A DNA stretch of 55,049 nt, from positions 43,557,529 through 43,612,577 of the forward strand of contig NC_068985.1 of assembly GCF_001194135.2 (NCBI RefSeq), in the 5' to 3' direction. Of the stretch, positions 24,001-36,234 are shown one piece after another (position 1 is the stretch's first letter; each line of letters opens with the position of its first letter). The notes under the pieces were generated by a model. It saw nothing but the letters and a program-made list of their open reading frames with translations. It was not told where the DNA came from and ran no database searches. The stretch comes from Octopus bimaculoides (taxonomy: Eukaryota). A program made the translations under genes and the position numbers.

Positions 24001-27000
24001 AACAAATATGTTAAAAAAACATACATAAAAAAAATCAGTCATTTCTATGACTAAATGAACGATCACATCTTTTCTAACTTGTTCTTTAACCCTAGGCCAT
24101 CCCTCATTGAGAATTCTAGTGATAACATTTCAGGATCACATTATCAAATGAGTCCTTCTTGTCTAAGATCTTAAGGAATGATTTGAGGGAAATTTGGCTG
24201 CTATTGCAGAAGATCAAATGACTGTGTAGAAACTCCACTACTGGCTAATTTTCATGCTAGTTTCACATGGTAGTGGTTATGGTTGGGTTAATTGAGAGAA
24301 GACAGGGAACAAGATAGATTAAAACTTTCTCTTCAGTTTTGATCTAAGGCCTTCACTCTACTTAATGGGAATGTAATGAGGAGAGAATAAAAATAATAAT
24401 TTAAAAAAATTAACCTATATTATGTATTGATGAATACATGATGAAAACAGTAATTTTATATATATGATCATCATAATCTTTATCATCATCATTACATAAA
24501 AGTTAACTACTTTTCTATGATGCACACACATGTACACACACATATGCATGCATGTGTGCACACTCATACACATACAGAATATAGTAAAGATAATATCAGG
24601 AGGACTCAGTATATAGATAACAAATTATTAACTCCAAATTGAAGGCAACTGATTGACAGGGCCATTAGAGTGCCAAATAGAAAGCCTGGGGGTATATGTT
24701 CTGAGTCTCTGTGCCCTGAGTTCAAATTTTGCCTTTCATTATTTTAGGGTTGATAGGTGAAATACAAGTTCAGAGCTGTGAATTAGTCAAATTGCTAAGA
24801 GTGTTGGATGACAAGCTAACTTTTGGTATCTGTTTTGGTCAAATTTCACATAATGATTCAATTCCCAATGATAGCCAGAGATTATGAGACAACAACTGAT
24901 TATGGAAAATGTAATGGGCAGTGGAAAAGGATTGTGGCTATTGTCTGCCACAGCAGTTAAATGATGATAATGATGATGATAGTGATGATGAATCCAAAAT
25001 TTAAAAGTAGTTAAAAAGGTAGAAACATAATGGAAATAGTACCAGATGTAAGAAGAAAAAGAATCTACTTTAGTTATATACGGTTAAAAATACCATCACA
25101 TTCCAAAATAAATAATTAAACATTAAATTTATCCAATGACAATATTAAATTGGTCATTTTTACATTAACAAATTACAAGTTATAAATAATTCTTGGAACT
25201 AAGTGTTAACCAAAATACAAAATATTTTCTGTATTATAACAATGATTAGTGTAAAATATGCTGCTATAAAAGTTATGAAGGTTAGTATTTTTAGCCTAAT
25301 TTTGCCTACAGTATGTTAGTAGAAAAAGAACAACACGTAGTTAATAGGTTATTACTACAAGTTAATAAACAACACCAATATTTTAGTTCTCTCAGTTTGT
25401 TTTTTTTATAAAAGTTTGTTTTTACATGTACAATTCGTATTTTGAAGAAAATAAAACAAAATAGCTTTGTAAGTGGATAGAATTTTTTAAGGATAGAATG
25501 GATGAGGAGAGTACAATTCTTATGTCTTGTAGGACCTTAATGGTTAAAATACTTTTTGGCTTTGAGGAAGCAGCATATATTTTGGATAAATTTGAGAAAT
25601 TACTCAGGGATGTTGAGTTAAGTTAGTGTTAACGTATTTGATTTACTGAGCATCAAACAGTAAAAAAAAAAAAATGCAGTGAAGAAACAATAACTTTATT
25701 TCAATAACTAAAATTATTTTAATCACTTCTTATCCACTTGTTTAAAATAATGTTAATCATTGAAGTAAGGTTGTCTTTTCTTCAACACATAATTTTTTCT
25801 AATTAGATTTTTGATGTCCTCCTTGATATAGTTTGTATAATGCTAAAAATATGAAGGATTCAGAAGAAATCATCAAAGACAATAAATTGTGTTATATTGT
25901 GTACAATTATTTTATGTTGGCGGATGAAAATGAAAACGTATACAGTTCTCTGCTTAAGTAGGGTAACATGCATTTTGAAGTTATTCACTAATAGGATGAA
26001 AATTTTAATAAATGGAAAATGAAGATCAGTTGGTACTGAATAGATGAGCAGGCCATGAGAATAACATATGGTATTGGTAACATGTTAAGGTATTGGTATA
26101 GAGTATATAAGGAGGATAAAAGAAATTCTTAGATGAAAATAAAGTACATAAGAAGGATGAAAGGAATTCTTAATGAAAATAGAGTACATAAGAAGGATGA
26201 CAGTAATTTGTTAATGAACAGAAAGTTAAAGGTATAACATCGATACTCTTCCTCTCTAGCAATATCTACTAATTTATGGCCATTGTCACACTATTGTTTA
26301 ATAGCATAGATATTGTTATACAATGTCTATATAGTTTCTTCGATAAGAAAATAATGAATGGACTTACATCTACTTTTGTTAATGGAATGATCTGGAGTAA
26401 GGGATTATGCTTATAGCCTTCTTAGCCCCTTGGGGACTAATGATGTTGACATGGCTGATGTTTCAGTTATCACAATTTCTATTCTTAAAACTAACAGAAA
26501 ACCAAAATATTCTCTCCAAAGATAATTTGTACATTCAACTACTAGTCATGACAAGCAAATTCTAAACATTTTAATTCTTAACTGTGCATCTACCCATTTG
26601 ATCTGAAATATTTTTCACAAAAATATAAGATTCCTAGACAAACTATGAGGGGGTTGGAGATTTTGTAAAGAGTAAATGTAAGACTAATTATACACAAGTA
26701 AATATATCAGAGTGTTTTAAATTTAAAAAAATTATTATCAACATAAGTTCATTGAAAGCTTCTAGAATCTTAACTGGTAAAATAATCAAATAATCTATCA
26801 TTATTAACAGTTTTTTTAAATAAAAGAATTCAGCAGCTGATAAAATGTTATTTATAAAATTGTTGAAACTATTCTTTGAAAACTCTCTTTTCATTGAAAA
26901 TTGGGAATAAACAGTAAATGTGGATATTGTGTCTTTGAGCTAAATCTTACTGTTGTATCAAAGAATATTTTGCTTGTTTTTAAACCCTCTTGTTATGTCC

Positions 27001-30000
27001 TCTTTTGATGTGGGAAGATAATCCAAGAAACCAAACACCATAAGAAAATGAAAACAGAAAATATGTGGCACATTTCATAGATAATACAATGATAAAAGAT
27101 AAAAATAAAAGATTATGTACAATTAAATTAAATGAAATAATTTTTTAAAATATAACTTCTTTTTTATTGAGAAAAATCTCCTGTCCTCATTTTCTCTTAG
27201 GAAATTATTTTACACTTTATCTTTGATATAGGTATTACATAAATATTCTGAATACAAATATAATGAAGTCTTGTGCCACATATTTTTGATAGAAAGAAAT
27301 TAGAAAATGAATCAAGATGAGAAAGCACTATGATGGTGTTAGTAGAAAGGCCAAATACCATTTTAGTTGTTATGAAGGAGAGGAATTGTTTAAGTAAATG
27401 CCAGAGTAATGGACCTATTGCAATCACAGATATATTTACCTTTAAATATAATAGAAGGATGAGCTGAAATAAGCATTTGTATAGAAGTTGGCATGAAAAC
27501 AATGTAAAAGCACAACAGCAAATGGTTGAAACATCCAAATAATATTTTCAAAATAGAGAAAGAGAAAACAGAATTGAGAAGACAAGAAATATATTTGAAA
27601 GGTATGTTAAACTGTGTAATATTGTGCTAAACAGTAATAATAATTGTTTCTAATTTAGGCACAAAGCTAGTAGTTTTGAGAATAGTTAGTCAATTATACT
27701 GACCCTAGTACTAGACTGGAGGGATAAAAGGTAAAGTTGATCTTGGCAGGATATGATCTCAGAATGTAAAAAGCCAGAACACATACTGTAAGACATTTTT
27801 TCTGATGCTCAAATTCTATCAACCTACCATCTTAAAACAATTATTTCTAACAGAGTTGCAAGGCCTGAAATTTTGTGAGAGGGGGTTAGTCAATTATATT
27901 GTGCCCCACAGTACTTCAACCATACTTTCTTGAAGTACAGGGTTAAAGTTAACCGAACATTTTCCCACAGATTTCTAACCTTGTGCCTATGCTAGAAACA
28001 GTTACAGGTTTTGCTGAAACTCCTGGTGTCTTGCATGTGTAGCGGGCTTGCTACCTACAGCCTACAGTACCATGATATCCATTCTTTTCAGCAATCTAAT
28101 ACTTTGCTGGTTATTCTGGCCATTATCATTATTATTATTATTATTAATAATATTAATAATAATAACAACAATTCATAATAGTTTAATACAATTCTAAATT
28201 TAGAATTAACTTCCTTTTAATTTTAACTTGTATTTATGTATAAATGATGGATATTCATTGAGGCAGACAGACAAGAACACCATTTGATTTAGAGTAATGA
28301 ATTTATTTCTCTATTATGTGCTCCCCACACTATTAAATTACCAATGATATTCAACTTATTGAATCAAAAACTCTTGTTAGAAATTTATTTTTGGTCTTAG
28401 TTATTTTAATAATCTTTCTACAAATATCTTGCTTTAAACAAAATACAGTTATTTATTAGCTATCAAAGAATCTGATGGATTAATCTATCAAAATACTAAC
28501 AAAACATTCTTCTACATTATAAGCTCAATTTTTTTTTTATGTAGAACTTCTATGAAATCTAACCACACATATAATGACGTTATATTTTCTATAGTGAGAA
28601 ATTCATAAACAGAAGCGATCCATTTTCTAAGTAGTCCTATGTCTGTAGGGAAAAACTTTATCTATAATTATATAATTATAACGCTGTGTAGCCTGAGTGT
28701 TTTCAAGAAAATCTTTGCAGAGAATGCAATGCAAGTATAGCGAAACCTACCTAAGTTAATTTAAGTATATAAATGTATCATTTGTGAATAGATGACATTA
28801 GATTCATCAAGCAAAGTATAAATTAGGAATTGAAGAAGAATGTGAAAAATATTTAAAGATTTAGAGGCAGAGTTGCATCTAAAGCATTTGTGTGTTTGCA
28901 TTACCGACTTTCTGAAAGAGCTGATAATGACATGAAGAACAGCTAGTAAGATGGCAATAGCCATTCATAAGCTATAAGATAGATAGGAGAAACATTTCTG
29001 TTATTTTAAGACAAGTAATATAACAAACAAAATAGAAGAAATAAAATATCACACACAAATATAACTGAACAATATCTATAACAAGACACTGAAGTAAAAT
29101 AGATGTTTAGGCAGAGAGAGTATAAAGAGATGAAGTTTAGCAGCAGAAGAGTAAATGTAACATATAAACAATAAACAATTTCTAAGTACAAAAACAACAA
29201 CAATAAAATCAACCAGTCATTATTTTATTATTTAATAATATTAAATTAATCACCTGGCTTAGGCAAAGTAATTTTTTTCCAGCTACTTGCTGCTTGGCGT
29301 TCACCACTTTTAGCAACAACTCTAAATTCATACCATATTCCGGCAGATAAGTTAGATATATTCTGCCAGCGATTCAACATCTGACCAGGAGTGCTTTTCA
29401 GATTGCTTTCACCTTTCATAGAAAATAAAAGAAGAGATTTGAAAGTTATGAAGATTAGAATTTATCATCTTTTGTTTTGAAAGTAAAATTCAACATGCAT
29501 GTATATTTGTTTGTATGCATGCATGTACATATATCCATGTGTATGTGCACAGATACAGCAATACCACAACTTAATGATTTGATTCATTCTAAATGTCTAA
29601 TCATTAAGTGAGAATCTAATTCACATAGAAATCATGCTATAAACTATTGTCTTTAGATTTTTTATTCATCACTTGATATTTTTTTGCTGCTTGTTTTAGT
29701 TTCATCACCCAAAAGCTGAAGGAGTTCTTCTTTTCTTTATAAGCATGTCATGGGTTCCATGCTGTCATGCATGTCTATTCTTTTCTTTACAAATCTCACA
29801 ATAACAAACGCGAGATATATTTAGATCTACAGCAACTTGCCAACTTTGTTTGAAATTTGAATATTAAGATTTTAAAAAATCTTAATTTTTTTGAATTTGT
29901 GAAAATGATTCTTCAAGTCCTTTATGAGCAAGGGAATAAACAGGTGTTTCTATTGTGATATCTTTTTTAAGATTTTTCCTTAAGTTCTTCCATTTCAATA

Positions 30001-31122
30001 AGATTTTCATTTGTGGTATTGAATTGAAACACATCATTTATGTTGTTCAAGGAATCTCTGCTGGTTCTTCAAATCTATCAATATTGTCAGTGAATTAAAT
30101 ATTTTTCATAGTTTTTTTTTGCTGTAAATTTGTTCCAAGTGCTTATTATTTTTACTGCATCTAAAACTTTATTTAAAGTCTGTTTTTCCTTGCCAGCATC
30201 AAATGATTTCCTTCTTCCATATTTGCACTTCAAATCTCTCAAAACTGTCATTAAATTGAGGACGAAGTGTATTCTAAACATTTTTCATAGTTTACTCTGT
30301 AATTTTGTTTCAGGCTCCTTTTATCAACAACATTAAAGGATCAAATGTGTGCTGAAGATAATATGCTTTGAATGTTGCAATAAAATACTGATCCATTGAC
30401 TGAGAAAGTATAAACATTAATCTAATATTTGAATGGTGATGTTGTAGAGGTTGTATATGAGGAGGTCTTTCAAAAGTGAAGCAGTCTCTCAAGCGTTTTT
30501 ATTTGCTTTCCTTACGACTGAAAGAATAACTTTTATGAGACCTCTAATTGCTTTTGGATTTTCAGCATGATGCAGAAGCATCACTTTCAACTTATAGTCT
30601 CTAGTTACATTACCTCCAAATGGTAATGGTATCCATTCTCTAGCTACTTTAAAACTGGCATTGTTAATTTTTTACCTTCTTGCTGATGTGTGCTTCAAAA
30701 ATAGTTTCATATTATCTATATTAGAAATTTATGAGAATATTAAACTATATTCCTCTATTATTTCTTCTAATTTGTCAACACGCAAACTAACTGAATGAAC
30801 AAACACTTATGCTCACATTACTGCAGTGCATTGTGATAAATTAACTTTGAAAGCAATCATTATGAATGTTCAGCATTTATTTTGCTTAAGTATTATTTTT
30901 TGCATATTTATAATTAAAGTAGGTTTATTAAAAAGGGGTGCCATTAAGTTGGAGATTATTGAGACATAACTATATGTGTATATGTAGAAATACGTACACA
31001 CACACATAAAATAAAGAGCTACAACAAGGTGGTGAGACACTGTACTGGAGAAGATTTATTCAACTTATGAATGAAAGTGTAGAAAAGTTCAGATGTAAAA
31101 GAAGGATAATTATGATGTATAC

Positions 31123-31193
<71 letters not shown>

Positions 31194-31477
31194 AAGATAT
31201 CAAAACAGATAAATAAGAATTTAGAGTAAGTTAATGAATCAACATGAAGTAGATTAAATAAATGGTCCAGACATACCAAGTTTTCTATATTCGACAACAT
31301 GCATCAAGCCAACATGTTGATTAGTTTTGTTGTAATCAATTTTCCAAGATACATTTAATGAATTATTTCCCATTGGTGTCATGTTCCAGTCAGGAACAAT
31401 TGGCACTAGAAAATAAATAAATAATTAAATAAATAAATAAATAATAATAATAATGAAAAGAAACAATAATAATAATG

Positions 31478-31534
<57 letters not shown>

Positions 31535-32251
31535 TGAGTAATAGTTTCAAATTTTGGTATAAGACCAACAATTTTGTGGAAGGGTATAAGTCAATTACAT
31601 TAACCTCAGTACTTGACTGGTACTTTATTTTATTGATCCTGAAAGGATGAAAGGCAAAGTTGTCCTTGGTAAAATTTGAATTCAGAATGTAAAGAGTGAA
31701 AGAAAATGCTGACATGCACTGCTCTTTCATTCAATAATAATAAAAGGAACTGAAAATTATTTGAGAATGATCCCTGACTTACCATCCATGCAAGAAGTGC
31801 AAAAGGTTGTTTTAACTGGTATTTAGAAGAGCATTGTTGCAGTGAATTTTCTTTCCTTTTTATTTTTTTTTGTTTTTTTCTATTTTTCATCTTTTTCTAT
31901 TTTTTATTTTTTGTTTCTTTCTTCCCTTTTTTTCTATCAAATAATTTGACTTTGTAAATGAAAAATCTGATGTGTTTATTTTAATGGTCTACCAAAGCAA
32001 ATAGTAAGTTTCTTTGTTGTAGGCATCAGGAAAACACTCAGTAAGAAATAGAAACAAAATTGAAAGAAGATAATAATAATAATAATAATAATGATGATAA
32101 TAATAATAATACTAATAATAATTTCATCGACCCCTAAAGGATGGAAGGCAAAGTCAACTTCAGTGGAATTTGAACTCAGAATGTGAAGACAGATGAAATG
32201 CTGCTGAGCATTTTGTCCAGTGTGATAACATTTCTACCAGCTTGCAGCCCT

Positions 32252-32324
<73 letters not shown>

Positions 32325-35300
32325 CAACAATAAAAATAATATGAGTATCCTTTGTGATCATAATATTGCAACAAAAGAATTTGACAAGCTCAGAAAACAT
32401 AAGATTTGCTCATTGAAATAGAAAAAAAATATATGGCATCTCAAGGCAGTTATAATACCAGTGATTGTAGATGTGCCAGGAATGATCAAAAAAGGAACTG
32501 AAAATTATTTGAGAATGATCCCTACCTTACCATCTGTGCAAGAATTGAAAAAGATTATTTTAACTGGTATGTCACACATTGAGAAGAGCATTGTCAATGT
32601 GCGAATGATAAGTTTTTATGTAAATAATTTATTTTTCTTCATAACTTCATTTGATTTTGTAAACGAACAATCTGATGTGTTTATTTTAATGGCCTATCAA
32701 TGTATACAGTGAGTTTCTTTGCTCTAGGTGTTGAAAAGATACTTGGCAAGAAATGCAAACAAAATTGAAGGAAAAAAGTACCCGATATCTCCTAGAGCTG
32801 GTGATTTAATTTACAGTAAATTAAATCACCTGTTCCAGGAGATATCAAGTACTTATTTTTTTTACTGATGTTGGAGACAAGCTTAAATACAGTAGTATAT
32901 GAATTTAAACTGTAGAGAATGAAATTAAATGCTTTGATGCCCTCTACTGGTCATATATATTATATGAATTAGTGAATGTGCATCTCTTGATTTGTGCCTC
33001 TATACACTTACTTCCTGCATCTGTGGTCCATACATCAATATAATATGGTTCTCCTTCACCAGCACTGGTCATTGCTTGAATCTGTATCCGATAGTTTGTA
33101 CTGGCTTCCAAACCACGTAGTATATACTCTGTCATTGTTGGATCAGTAGTTGGTTCATCTTCAAATTGTACTGGAGATACTTTCAAACCATTAACTGCAG
33201 AAGACATTTTAAAGCAATATATCTCTTAAGTACTTTCTCTAACATAATTAACAATTGTATTTTTGAAATTTTGATAATTATAAATTTAATTTCATTGAAT
33301 GAAAATATTTTACAGATAATATTTATATCTAAGAAAACTTACTCCTTTGGAATCCAATATTATAGCCAATTAACAAACCATTCCTTTCTTCTGGGGGTTC
33401 CCACTTTAAGTGGAAGTGACCAGATCCTCTAACTAAGGCCATAAAATAATGAACTCTGCCAGGAGCTGTATAAAGAAAATAATAGGACAGTAACAAATAT
33501 ATAAAATACCTTCATTGTAATTATAAATTCATTTTGAACTGATAAAAGGAGAACAGTTTTGCAAGGACTGGAAATAGTCAAGAGATTCCTCCTTAGTGTA
33601 TTATTAGAAGTTATTTTATTGATCATGTAAGGATGAAAGATAAGCTTTTAGGGTAGTATCAACAGATTTTTGTGTAGTATCTACAACTAAGGCAAGACTA
33701 ATACCTCAGATTTCAGATAACAAAATCTCAGAAAAATAGCAAAGGATATGCCTCTTATTAGACTGTGCAAAAATGCAAATATTTCACTAAAATGTGGATA
33801 TTATCAACCATTTCCAGCATTTTTCTCAAAATGACATTTCTGACTGTGAGTAGCAATCTATAGGTCATGATATCTCTGAGAATAATTGATGTATTGCACA
33901 TGTATTGCTTTGATACTTGTCTAGATGCTGTTCTAGTGTGATTAGATACGCTTCATTTGTTCATCTTCCAGAGACACTTGAATGCTACTACCCAGGGGTC
34001 AAAAATGCTCGAACTGCTGCATATGGTTATGAGCAACCCCACAACGAAATCTAGGACAACTTCATCAATGTCTTTAATTCAGCATCTAGTCTGTACCCCA
34101 ATCTGTTGGCATTCCAAATTAGAGCACATTATCTTTGATAGTTTGGTAGAAAAATCAACCTAAAATAAGAGTATGTTTGCCTTATCGGTCATTTTGAATT
34201 TATAATTAGGTCATGAATAGATAATGTGGAAACTTGAATATTATGATTTTTGATAGAACTGACATTGTTCTTGATGTATGCCATATTTGGTTTGCCTGGG
34301 CTTTATTCCCACTGAGTGAGGGCATCTTCAATTTAGGAGTGTTTTCCTATGTCTGAAGTGTTAGTCTTGCCTTAACTTTAGTATTCCTAGATTAGCTTTT
34401 AGAGTAGTATCCATAATCTTGTACAGTAGTATCTATTGTGAGGTGGTAGTTTGCAATCTACATCCTACAGATGCAAACATTTATTTTAATGATTGAAGAA
34501 CAGATAGGTTTATACAAAAAAATTGAATACATTGAAAGTATAACTCTGCACCATTTATTGTTAACTATCCACATCAGTGGTTCTAAACTTGTGGGTGGCA
34601 AGGACAAAATCTTATTTTAGAAACATAAAACAACTGTTTAATCTATATTAAGCAAGGCTGAGTTTCAATATGTTTTCTATCAACTTAATTCAACTGACCT
34701 CCCTCAGGTGTCTGGACATCAATGACATTGCTCTCGGGGCCTTCATAATATGTGTTGCGTGCTACCACTGACAAGCTAAAGTTTGAATAAGCAGGGAGCA
34801 TTACGTTGGCTTTCACTTTAGATGATGTTCTACGATGTCGACTTCTCCGTGTTGAACGGCGATTATGTGTATTTTCAGAAACATCAATTTTCTTTAAAGT
34901 TGTTTCTTTCTCACCAGGTTTCCAGAAAAGAATCTAGAATCAAAACAAAATTTAATAGATGCATTGTTATGCTTGAATTAGAATATCAATATCTAAGCTA
35001 TTAATAAACCATTACAGTTATTTCATTCATTTGACATTCATTTTTCCATGCTAGTATGGACAGGAATTGATTTTGAGGCAGTATTTCACAACTGAATGCT
35101 CTTCTTGTTGCAAATTTTCACCAGGTTCTGGGTAATGGATTTTTATATTCCAAAGTTGTTTGAAAGTGCCGAGCAACTGATTGTAATGTTGTCAACAAGG
35201 AATTTCAACATCAGTATCATTTTGCTCACATGATGTTAACCAAAATATTAGCCTTCACTCCCACAACCCACCCCACCACAAAAAAGCAGAATTACTACAG

Positions 35301-35527
35301 TTTCTGGTTACAAAATCCATTCACAAGACATTGATCAGCCTGAGGCTATAGCAGAGGATACTTTCCCAATGTATTATGCAGTATGACCAATCCAGACTAC
35401 AAGGTTAAGAAGTGAACTTCTTACCCCCACAGCCATGTGCCTGTGCCTTTAGAATAAAATATTCAGTTTAAACTGAAAGTGTAATGGCTTGTAAGTACTT
35501 TAAAAAATAATTCCCCCCTCTTTTCTT

Positions 35528-35562
<35 letters not shown>

Positions 35563-36181
35563 AATGTAGAATGATGAAATGAGTGTTCAACACCACATTG
35601 GTGGATATATAACTTCTTTATTTGTGAATTAAGTTCACCAATAGTTTAATGTTAAAAAGAGTAAGAAAATATCCTAGTGTCTTAACAATTTTAAAGCCAA
35701 TCACATGGAGAAAGGTGTTTGCCTCTATTTTGGAAAACAATCATGTTTCATTCAAGGGATTTCTCATTATGTGAATTTATGAGAAAACCCATGAACGAAA
35801 CGAGACTGTTTTCCCAAATGGAGGCAAACACCTTTCTCCATGTGATTGACTTNNNNNNNNNNNNNNNNNNNNNNNNNNNNNNNNNNNNNNNNNNNNNNNN
35901 NNNNNNNNNNNNNNNNNNNNNNNNNNNNNNNNNNNNNNNNNNNNNNNNNNNNNNNNNNNNNNNNNNNNNNNNNNNNNNNNNNNNNNNNNNNNNNNNNNNN
36001 NNNNNNNNNNNNNNNNNNNNNNNNNNNNNNNNNNNNNNNNNNNNNNNNNNNNNNNNNNNNNNNNNNNNNNNNNNNNNNNNNNNNNNNNNNNNNNNNNNNN
36101 NNNNNNNNNNNNNNNNNNNNNNNNNNNNNNNNNNNNNNNNNNNNNNNNNNNNNNNNNNNNNNNNNNNNNNNNNNNNNNNNN

Positions 36182-36234
<53 letters not shown>

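Noticed and set aside
26368-26490. Longer terminal exon (VLRIEIV...GLRRL*) giving a secreted isoform
   Set aside because: Weak acceptor and no supporting motif; the 24-nt reading fits both splice sites better
28746-28756. cttag|gtaggt as a recursive splice site
   Set aside because: Poor pyrimidine tract, and the intron is only about 7.7 kb; chance occurrence is likely
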